Source: Ginglymostoma cirratum (lineage: Eukaryota). From it: 42,531 nt of DNA. The translations under genes were made by a program, and so were the position numbers. Shown in pieces: positions 32,409-42,531 of the stretch (position 1 is its first letter; the number at the start of each line of letters is the position of its first letter). The notes beneath the pieces are model-generated. The model searched no databases and had not been told where the DNA came from. It saw nothing but the letters and a program-made list of their open reading frames with translations. The DNA is taken from assembly GCA_024137785.1 (NCBI GenBank), contig JAHRHZ010000062.1:25646533-25689063 (forward strand), given 5' to 3'.

Positions 32409-33637
32409 CTTGAGGGTTTCTGTTGTTTTGAGCCCCAAGTATCTGCCATAAGTCTCCCTTTTTCTCTTTATTCAGTTCTGTATATGTGAGGATTATGTGG
32501 CACAACCTGCCCAGGCAGTACTGCAAACTTGGCTGGAACATGAGGGTTTTAAAGGATATAGGCATTCTGGTAACTCCTGGGTTACTAAATCCACACTTCT
32601 AACAAGTGGAATTGATGATCACAGATCACTTGCACATTGATAGAATGGAAATCCTTTCTACGAACAAACTGAGCTGTTTTATGATACGGCTCTCTCAGTG
32701 CAATGTGTGTACAGCCAATTGCACTACACCTAGGCGAAGCCAGCTATGGCAGCAAATCCTACTCCCAAGCTGCAGCACTGACCTCGTCATAGGGTTATGC
32801 AATGAAACCGTGCAATCTGGCCCAAATATCATTGTTAACAGCCTTAATAAATTCCTGGGTGGATGATTGAGAAATCCAACAGATCCTCAGTGGTTCCTTG
32901 GAAGGAGCCTATCACATAAAAGTGCAACAGAGCTGGTGACATCTTGATGGTCACCCATACCTTCAGGTTTCAGGTTCCAGTTCAGTAGTTGCAATAATTC
33001 TGTGACAGTGTCCTAGGACATGATTAGTCTATACCAACATTGTGCCTTGCTCATCGGGAGGAAATGCCTTGAAAATTATTAGTTCTGGTACGTCCTCTGC
33101 ATTCTGAGCAGTCTTTCAGCTGTGACCTCTTCATGTGAAGGCTGGTCAACATCTGTTGGAGAGTGCTGCTGGTCCTGGGCATCATGGCACATCTGTTCCT
33201 CTTTCTTTTTTCTGCATCTTCTTTGCATTGCAGAAACAGTGATGAAATCTCTCCTGTGGTTGGATCCATCCATTATGCTTGCAATAAGCTGTCAACATTC
33301 ACATCACGCACAAATGACATACTCCTTCTTACAGTGCAACTGGAACATTCTGACAGTCAGTGGCATGGAATGACTCACAATTGGTCTCATTCTGATAAAT
33401 TCATCTCTGATTATGTCACAAAAAGACAGATTAAAAGCGTTGTGTGAGGACTGAACCTTTCTCCTCCCAGTCCCACATCACCCATGAGAAACTTCATAAC
33501 ATAACAGAAAGTTGCATTATAGTTATAATTCAAATTGGGACAGAATCATTTCCTTTCCCATATACAAACTCTGAGGTCTTGCTTTGGCTTTGTGTCCTCT
33601 GGCCCACAAGAATCATTTTTGAGGCCACCTAGAATTG

Positions 33638-33950
33638 GGGTGGCATGGTGGCTGAGTGGTTAGAGCCAGTACCTCACAGTGCCAGGGACTGGGTTCAATT
33701 CCAGCATTGGGTGACTGTCTATGTGGTGTTTGCACATTCTCCTTGTGTCTGTGTGGGTTTCCTCCCACAGTCCAAAGGTGTGCAGGTTAGGTGGATAGGC
33801 CATGCTAAATTGCCTGCAGTGTCCAGGTATGTTTGGCTCAGGAAATGCAGAGATAGCATAGGGGATTGAGTCTGAGTGGGATGCTCTTTAGAGAGTCGGT
33901 GTGGACTTGTTGGGCCAAATGGCCTGTTTCCACACTGTATGGATTCTTTG
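33638..33950 (+). mobile_element. HE1-like V-SINE
   Basis: Same head, core and tail as the other copies. Confidence 0.85.
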
Positions 33951-35820
33951 AATTACTTTAGCTTCACAAAGATATTTATCTTCAATCTACATGGACGAGA
34001 TTGTTTGCGATCAGTATTTGCACTGCCCGCAGTGATTCTATGATTGCAAATGACTACAGCCAGCACTCTGTAGGTACATAGTTGATGCAGTTACCCCTTG
34101 AAGGGCCTCCTGTTGCTCGGAAGCAGGGTCTATTCTTTTGGCAGGTAACAAACAATGACTGCCCATTGTAGGTATAGCCACAACTATTTTCCATTGTAAG
34201 TCACATTTAGGAATCCAGAGATCATGGACGGCAATGTAGGTCATGGAGGGCACCAGGTTCCCAGCATCATCACATTACCTGCCCCACTCCCGAAGCACCA
34301 TGTTCCGTTCCACCTGGAATTCCCTGGAGAACGTATCACTAGTGAACCCCTACATGTTCCCACCAGGCGCAAAGACTGCAGCTTTCATTATTACCTTTTG
34401 ATAGCACAGATGCCTTTTTGGGCCTAATCTGGGAAGCACAAAAATCCAGAATTAAGGGAGCAGAAGGATCTCAGGAGATTTGTAGGTCTGTTAAATGTCG
34501 AAGGTCTGTGATCACAGTTTTTAATATAGATACTTGACCATTTATAAAGGAAATTTCAGATCGTTTATTCAGCTTTTTAAGAAGAGATACTTAGATGTGA
34601 AATGTTAGTTAACTAGACAAAGAAGAGTATACAACGTGTGTCAATCAGAGAGTTTCACTGAAACCAGCGAAACAACAGGCTGTTGCTGCAAAGGTGCCAA
34701 TCTCAGTCAGGTTATGTGCTCTTTAGCTGGAGTGTTACTCTTTTCAGGTTTTTCCCTTAGTAATTCTGATCCATCTTCCATCTTAAGAAGACAGCTCCCT
34801 ACTGAGGACTGTCACGTGGCTGATATACCCTTTATGTAGGCGCTGCTTGTTTACGCTGCGTCAGTCACTTGTCTGAACCTTTTGAACAATCACCATCGGG
34901 CAGCTACTCATGATATCAGGATGATAGTTGTCCCCCTGTCAATCCTCACCTGAAGGCTAGTTGTCATGCTGAGACCAAAACTTCCAATTTTCCCAACCAT
35001 TGTGTTGATAATAAAGTACATATGGTACCAGATAATTCTTTGAAGTTAATTCAATGGCACAACATGAATTTGGTGCTTCCTGTTACCTTTCTTGTACTTT
35101 CTATTTGTCTTTATTTATTAGAACCCAGCGGTGAAATGAGAACTCAAGCTACACAGGAAATTGGAGAAATTTAGTTTTAAAGGGATGCCAATTTATAGAG
35201 GGGGTTTCAGAGAGGTTACAAGTTACATAGACAAGGAGATATAAAACTACAGAAGGACATGTAATGAGGGAAAATAATTTTGAAATCAATACTTTCCCAA
35301 TTTTATAGCCAACATACATCAATGAGTACAAGATTAAAAGGTGATTAGGTCTTAATAGACAATAGAGTTCGAGAGCTTGACCCTGTGTAATGTCTAAAGA
35401 GGGCTAATGGTATTTTGCTCGACAATGACTATGAGACCAAGATATGATTTGGCAATAAAGGTAACTCAACCACCAGTACTCAACATCTTGCCTAATGCAG
35501 TTACTTCGTTGGTTATTTTATCAAGTGATTGTTCAATATGGCAAAATAACTGCATGTTTAGTTGGCTGTGAGACAGGATCATTGATAGATACAAAGACAT
35601 AACATTGAATACAAGACTATCTTCTAAACATTCATAATGAACTAAAGAAAGATTCCCTGCCAAAATATACCATCCGCAATCTGGTCTGTACATTGAGAAT
35701 CTTCGTAATTGATGCTGAATTGAGAATCTGAATTATTTTACTCAATGTCACAGCACACTTTTGCACAGTGTAATTTGAACCACAGGCCACCCCGGTATCA
35801 CACAGAGACCAGGGGTTGTA

Positions 35821-36049
35821 CCGGTTGTTCTGCTATAACGCTTGTTTCGTTAATGTGAATTGGCTGTAACACGATTGATGAATAGTGGACACTGTTTGGA
35901 TAACATGAACTTTCTGCTGTACGGGTATAGTGTTTTTCTCCAGTGATCTCCCTATAACACAATTTTCTGTGGCGATTTTCTATAGTTCGATTTTCTATAT
36001 CGCAAGGTCACACAAGAATGCAACTATTGCATTATAGGAGAACTACCAG
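35821..36049. mobile_element. Tc1/mariner (Tigger/pogo-type) MITE
   Basis: TA on both flanks. TIR ccggttgttctgctataacgc vs reverse complement ctggtagttctcctataatgc (17/21). Confidence 0.7.
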
Positions 36050-36874
36050 TAGTTGGTTTTTAACCCCTTCATGTGTATTGCTGGAAGGGCAAAACAGAAA
36101 CATGCCTTTCAGAACTGCCTTTCTTTCGACTTACATAATATCCACAGTCTGGGTCACAAACCACGGGAGATCACAGTTCAGTGTTTTGAATACCGTCTCT
36201 CCCTTTGAAGTATTGTCTTCTGAAGTTCTTTTGACCACCTTTAGGTGAAACATTCCATGGTTTCTTCTCGGGTAACAGTTTAATCCACACAGGAATTTTA
36301 GCCAGCTCATGAGTCTACATCCTTAGTTTGCTGTGTTTGTCTCTTACATTTTGTACTTAAATGTTCAAATTATCAGTAGCTAACCCTGGATGATGATCTG
36401 TTTTTGTGATAATATTAGCTTCCTGGGCAAGTTAGATATTGTCTACATTAAGCATTAGGTCCACAGCACAAGCTCAAACTGCAGAATCCAAATGTTGCTG
36501 GTAGGGTCACAAATCCAGGCAAAAATATTAAATCTGGTGTAGTCTCTTGCAAGGTTAAGACCTTCAAGTTAAAACCTTTGTAAGGAATTTAAAAGGTATA
36601 AAACATATTTCAAGGGATAAATATTATTGTGAAATATACTTTCAAAGTTTATTTTGTACAATTTCTTAGAAATATTGAAGCTTGTAAAATACATCTCTGT
36701 TATTAAGACATTTCTCACAAGCTATTTACACATTGGGAAATAGCACTATTTTTATACAATAGATTGTATGAAATTGGCAGGCTTGCCTTATGTCATAATC
36801 TTACCCACACTAATCTTTGGTATTGTTCCTGTTTGTCACTGTATCAAACTATTTTTTTCACTGACTTGAATACT

Positions 36875-37531
36875 GGGTGGAATTTAATGAGTCTGGTGGC
36901 TGGACTGATATTTGCCACAAAACCTGTGGTACTGCTGTTGATTCAAACTACAGGAGCTCTAAGAGAATTGAGTGGGAACCCTGCTATCAGGTCTCCCACA
37001 AGGGACATTTAGTAGGAGGACGTCCCTCAATAGGAGAAAAATCTACAACCAGAGTCCATGATTGACAGTACCGCCAGGAGTTAATTCCCTTGATCCCTCA
37101 TCAGGTGAGTTCCCTGAAGTAAGAAAGTGACGGTGGGATAGCAGTGGTGAGGAGGGGAGTCACTGGTGAGGGGCAAGTGGAGGTAGTTGAATGAATGTAC
37201 AGGTGACTGGCCTTCAGAGGACATCCATTATCAAGGCACACAGTCAAGCCCAGAGAGCTGCTGAATGAGAGATGCCACTACAAGGCTGTAGGTGAGTCTG
37301 CTTGCTGCCTTGTCTACATGGTGGTTCCCCTGTGGGCCACTGAGTGATTACCAGCGGTGGCAGGATGACGCCCAATTGTCCACTTAAAGCCATCTCGATA
37401 GAGAGGGAACCTGCAAACTTTTATCTCCCCTGGACTAACTTGAAAGGAGGGTGTTGTGGGTTCCTCATCCACCCTCCAAATTAAATGAGGCACCAGCCTC
37501 AGAACGTGCCTCTGGGCAATAAATTCCACCT
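36875..37531. mobile_element. Non-autonomous DNA transposon, probably PIF/Harbinger-type
   Basis: TIR gggtggaatttaatg / caataaattccacct (13/15). Confidence 0.55.
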
Positions 37532-37649
37532 ATAAACACCGTTAACATTTTCTGCAAAATCTGCTCGATTTGCTGCGTGCTTTGAGAAGTTTATATTTCA
37601 GATATCCAGCACCAGCGGTATTTATATACTACCGTTTAGATGTTTCACA

Positions 37650-38283
37650 GAATATTATTACTCAAAATTTGACACTGAGAATTTCCATAAGATGACGTAA
37701 GAGAGGTGGTGAGGTTTGGGAAGACAAGTTGACAGTTCTGTGCCTTAGCATCTTAAAGGCGTGGTTATATGGTTGAAAGATTAGAAGATGCTCAAGAGGC
37801 CAGAATTAGAGGTGCTGAGATTTAACAGGAAGTTGTGTAGTTGGAGGAAATTCAAAGACTAGGATGTTTTAAGGCCATGCAAGGATTTAACAAGCAAGGA
37901 TAAGGATTTTAGAACACCGAACAATTTTAGTGAGTATGGTGGAGATGGTGAATAGGATTTGGTGCACGTTATGGCTCAAGTAGCAGAGTTTGGATATCTT
38001 GGATGCTGGTGAGGATTTTCAAATAATGGACATGCCCGCAGATAATAAAGACATTGATAAGAGTTTCAGAGTCAGATCAACTGACTTAGGGGTGTAGTCA
38101 GAGGACGTTACTGAGGTAGAAATAGAAAGTCTTCATGAAGATGTGGATGAGGTTGGATGCTCGTCTCATAGTTAAATATGAAACTAAGATTGTAAAAGAC
38201 ACAAGTCAGCCTCAGACAGTTGCCAGGGAAGGAGATGTGATCAGTGGCTAGGGAATTAACTTTATGGCATGAAAGAAAGACAG
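37650..38283 (-). mobile_element. Degenerate L2-type LINE fragment
   Basis: Similar to 2655-3045. Confidence 0.45.
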
Positions 38284-39716
38284 TGGGCTGAATCTTTTAA
38301 TTTTTTTAGCTGTGTCGTGTTTATGAAGGGATTTTGCTGCGAAACCTAGCAAGATTTCTTATCATATCTTACCAAACTTGCCTCATTATCTCAGCAGGTC
38401 TGCCAGCAAATGATATTGGCTCCATCTTACTACATGCTGTTTCCAGAACAAATCACCTCTCTGTAGATACCTGCTCAAAGACAGCCAATGAATTTACATT
38501 CTTAGCCATCCCATGCACTGCACCATCTTTGAAAGGCCACTGTGCACCCGAACAACTGTTGGCAATCCAGTGTTGTTCCTCACTAGCAATATCATGGCAT
38601 GTTAATCACAAAGGCACAATGCCCACAGCAGATAGCCAGCATGGCTGACCCTCCCTCATACATGCCACCCCGTTCTTTCACCCTACTCACTGTTTAACCA
38701 CTGCACCACACATTTTATCCTCCATTGTTACAATCTGTGTGAACACCTTCTACGTCAGCACTACTCTGTTCCCAGTGGCACTTGACACTTACAACTTGTC
38801 ACTGTCCAGTAGGGAAGTATCACATCCTGGCAAACAAATGGACAAATTTCAATGTGAGCACTTTCATCTGTCAAACTGACAATTATGCTGCCCACCTTGT
38901 GATTTTCTAGTAGCATTTCACATCTAAAGAATAGGAAGCAAACCAGGTTTCACCTGGTGATGACAAGCAACCTGTCGATATGTCTGCACTAAAGAGCACT
39001 TTAATACAGCAGCTCTGGTTGGAGCATCAATGCACGAACAATGCAAGGCATGGATGGCATGAGCATACGGGTGGGACTGACTGAGTGCTAAGACACAAGT
39101 GAGCAGTCCCAAGATGCAGCCTGGTTCAATCCATAAATTTGGTGTCTGGCCATGGGTGCAAAGTGTCTCTTTTGCAGCTTTTCGATGCTCAATGCCAGTG
39201 TGCCCCTGCAATGCGAGTCTTATGCTTTGTAAGCAGCTTACAAGTGTATTGTAAAGGTGTCAAGATGGTCATGAGGATTTGACACATGCCAGGTGCCAAT
39301 GTCCATGGATGAGGGGGTATTGTGACAGGTGGGCAAGGATCATGCCCTGAGCTGCAGTTTGTGCGTAAGCAACGTGGAGGTTATTTGGAGTAAGTTGTGA
39401 GTTAAAACTACCAGGCACCTACTCTGGTGTTCATGACAAGTTTTCTCGATGTCTAGCTTGTTTGTTGAGTTTGGTAAGACAGAAATCTAAATATTAATAA
39501 GGCAAGTTGGATTATCAACAAGGGGTTTAATAATCAGTAGTCCCCTTAATTGACATCTCAGCACGACTCGGTAAGAAACATGCCATACCTATTGTGACAA
39601 GTGTATTTGGCGACATGAGATGCTCTCAACATTGAGTTGAGTGTCACCAGACTTCTCATCTGATACTGCCACAAATCTCACTGGACCCAACATTGTTCTG
39701 GCTCAGATTCTGGCCA
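38284..39716. mobile_element. Probable decayed PIF/Harbinger-type DNA transposon
   Basis: Imperfect TIR tgggctgaatct / agattctggcca. No intact ORF. Confidence 0.4.
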
Positions 39717-41104
39717 ATGACTCTGCTTTTCCTAAAACCTATGTTCATGGGGGGAGGTTTCTGCTCTGCCTTATGAATCTGACAGCAAACCTTTGGTGAT
39801 TGGCAAAAGAAGTATAGTAATGGTGATATTGGAAAACATTTTTCTGCAATGAGTGGTTAGAACCTAGATTACATGGCCTGAGACTTGTGGTAGGGCCAAG
39901 GTCAACTAAAATTTCAAGGTGAATACAATCATTTAAAGAAAACATTTGGAAGTCTAGAGGGAGTGGCACTTGGTGAATTGTTCCTTCAAAGGGCCAGCAA
40001 AGAAATCATAGGTGAATTCTGAGCTGCAATCAGTCTATAGTTCCATCCAATGCACACAATATTCAGAACACATTAAATTTAAAAGAATTCACTTTCAAAT
40101 TCAGAATTGTTTCACAACCTTTACAAATTGGTCAGCAGCTCTCATGAATAGAAACTCCTCCCACTGAAGGATGGAGGTACAAACCTTACCTCACAAGGCC
40201 AGCCTGAGTAAAGCTGATCGTGGTGATTGAGGGGTGGGGTGCTACTGACTTAAAGGTGACAGCTGATCAGGAACAAATTTATTCTGTTGGTGGAGGGGTG
40301 AGGGCTGTTGGGTGAATGTTATGTCCCCTCTCTCATTTCTGTGAAATTCTGCCGTGTAACTGATTTTGCTGCTGCCCAGGGGACATGACTGATCTGATTA
40401 CTCTGCCATTAGAGAATAGGTTGGTAGATTGTACTGTTTCCATAGATTGGTACTGCTTCCGCTCATCATGGCTCTTGACAATCAATTTATGCTCCTTGGA
40501 GTGGCCCGTGATGACTTTCATCAAGCACTCAAAATTTTCCACCAGAGGAAACAGCATTAATACTAAACCAATAGTTATAAATTTACTGAACTAAATTGTT
40601 CAAAATGGCCAGTAACATCTGGCAATGATGATCCATCCACAGCTTCTTCAGTAACAGCAGAAAGCTCACATGACTCATTTAGTGTAGTTTGAGATCTCTT
40701 CACACCCATCAGTTCAACATGATCTTACGGTAGAAGAATATGTTGATGTGGTCGAAATGTCACAGCAAGTGTCCTTACACTTGATGGTTCACTATTGACT
40801 TGGATTCTCTATGGAAAGAAAATGAAATTCAATTATTGTTATTTTATAATTCAATTTTACCATCCATAAAAACAAACCTTCCGGTAATAGAATGGGCATT
40901 TAATTATGAGTAAGTTTCTAGTCAATTATCCTTGTCAAGTTAGTCTGAGCAGGAAGGCATGCTGTCATTACTATCCATGCAGGTTAACAAACTCCATTCT
41001 CACGGCAGTATATGTGTTACACTGTAGCCCACGAAAATAAGTCAGTAAGAAATAGAGATGTAAGAACAATTTAAAAGAATGAAACTCCACAGTTTGTTTT
41101 TGTT

Positions 41105-41800
41105 TGTTTACGCATGGGACGTGGATGCCACAGGCATGGCCAGAATTTATTGCACATTTTTACGTGTCTTCAACAAGATAATGGTGAGCTAACTTCCTGA
41201 AACTGCTGAAGTCAGTTTGGTATAGACACAGCAAGAGTGCTGTTACACAGGGAGTTCCAGAATGTTCACCCAGTTCAGGAACCGTAGTTGTGGGTTCCAA
41301 GTCAGGATGGTGTATAACTTAAAGGGGAACTTGTATGATGGTGTTCCACAAGTCTGCTGTTCTTATGCTTTGAAGTAATGGAGGTTATGGATTTGGAAGA
41401 ACCCGCCGAAAGAACCTCAATGAACTACTGTAGCACATTTTACAGGTAGTACATAGTGCTACCACAGCACGCCAAAGGTGGATATAAATGTTGAAGATGG
41501 TGGATGAGCTAAGTTGAAAACCAAGCAGCTGCTTTGTTCTTGGTGCTGTCAAATTATCAATGCAGTTGGGACTGTGCTGGTTCAGGCCTGTAGTGTCTTC
41601 CATCTTGTAGGTAGTGGAAAGGGTTTGGGGAGTTATGATGTGAGTTACCTGATGACAAATATTAAGCCTCTGAACTGCTCAAACAACCCAAGTTTCTGGA
41701 TGATCGCAGAACCACAGTTAGGTAATTCAGCAAGGGGCATGCCATTGAATGTAAAGGGAATGCTCTGAAATTCGCCACTGGAGAAAGCATTGGGATTCAG
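41105..41800 (-). mobile_element. 3' fragment of the LINE family at 10100-12072
   Basis: catgggacgtggatgccacaggcatggccagaatttattgc is the antisense of the gcaataaatgctggc tail. Confidence 0.6.
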
Positions 41801-42394
41801 CCTGAAGTCTCTACAAGGGGCAAGAAATTTTTGTGAAATAAATATATGCAATTTATGTAATTACTGTTTGATAAGCTGTTGTTTTGGAGTTTTGGGGAAA
41901 AGAAAAATCAAAACAACGGCAATTTAATGAAGACGGAAGAGAGACAAAGGTAGTGACAGCATGGGAAGTGAATCAAATGGAAAAATAAACCTGCTCTACT
42001 GTCTGAACCAGCAGTGAATCTGTACAGCTGACTGCCTCTGCTGTTTGATTTCAAGTAACTCTGGACATTGAGGTTCGTCTAAGAAAAGTAAACAAACAGC
42101 GAAATTCACAGCTGACCTTGGAGAAACTTGTGTGGTGGAGCTCACAACAGGGGACCAGCAAAGTGGCTAGTTTTAAAGTGCAATCTTACTTTTGTTTTGT
42201 AAATCTACAACAGTGAGCAGATTGGAGGTTTTTTTTGTATATTTTTATTGAGATCTGTCTCTTAATTAAACTTTAAAAGCATAAAAACACAGGTACTAAG
42301 TTAGCCTGGAGCAGTGTTTTTTTAGAGCAGTAAGACTGTGCTATTTTATGGGTCTGTAGATTGTTAAGGTGCAAAGATGGCATTTAGTAGAGTG

Positions 42395-42525
42395 AGAGAT
42401 AGTAGGAACTGCAGATGCTGGAGAATCTGAGATAACAAGGTGTAGAGCTGGATGAACACAGCAGGCCAAGCAGCATCAGAGGAGCAGGAAGGCTGACATT
42501 TTGGGCCTAGACCCTTCTTCAGAAA
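42395..42525 (-). mobile_element. PLE terminal fragment, family B
   Basis: Minus strand ctgaagaagggtctaggcccaaaatgtcag (CpG-decayed hammerhead motif). Near-identical to 18568-18658. Confidence 0.7.
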
Positions 42526-42531
42526 GACCCT

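Noticed and set aside
32880-34440. Possible second gene upstream (ORFs 33051-33447, 34038-34427)
   Set aside because: No coherent exon structure or recognisable domain. It looks like decayed transposon sequence that I cannot assign.
41850-42394. Possible CR1 5' UTR and ORF1 start (ATGGCATTTAGTAGAGTG) interrupted by a PLE fragment
   Set aside because: Plausible, but it is cut by the window edge and too little coding sequence remains to support the call.
1-42531. CRISPR arrays or prokaryotic defence systems
   Set aside because: The DNA is intron-containing vertebrate sequence with no regularly spaced repeat-spacer array.

Overview
Eukaryotic, repeat-rich vertebrate DNA. The repeats (HE1-type V-SINEs, CR1 LINEs, a Deu-domain SINE, Penelope-derived hairpins) point to a shark or other elasmobranch; this is inferred. 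The window holds one protein-coding gene on the minus strand, a B7-H6/NCR3LG1-like immunoglobulin-superfamily gene that runs off the left edge. I traced eight exons by hand, all joined by phase-1 GT..AG introns into one open frame of 762 codons so far: signal peptide (28271-28343), IgV (19169-19501), IgC1 (14175-14495), a transmembrane exon absent from the ORF track (12516-12626), then at least four more Ig C1-like exons (6398-6838, 5783-6157, 5348-5659, 635-955). The main finding is that these four Ig domains lie after the transmembrane segment, so they are predicted to be cytoplasmic, and two of them have lost the canonical Ig disulfide. The promoter region has a triple-GAAA ISRE/IRF element and a composite nuclear-receptor element. 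The rest is transposon debris: a near-full-length CR1 with three nested inserts, a deleted LTR element with TSD and PPT, Penelope-derived hairpins with minimal hammerhead-ribozyme motifs, a LINE that appears to carry a SINE-like head, and DNA-transposon MITEs. There is an assembly gap at 1151-1250.
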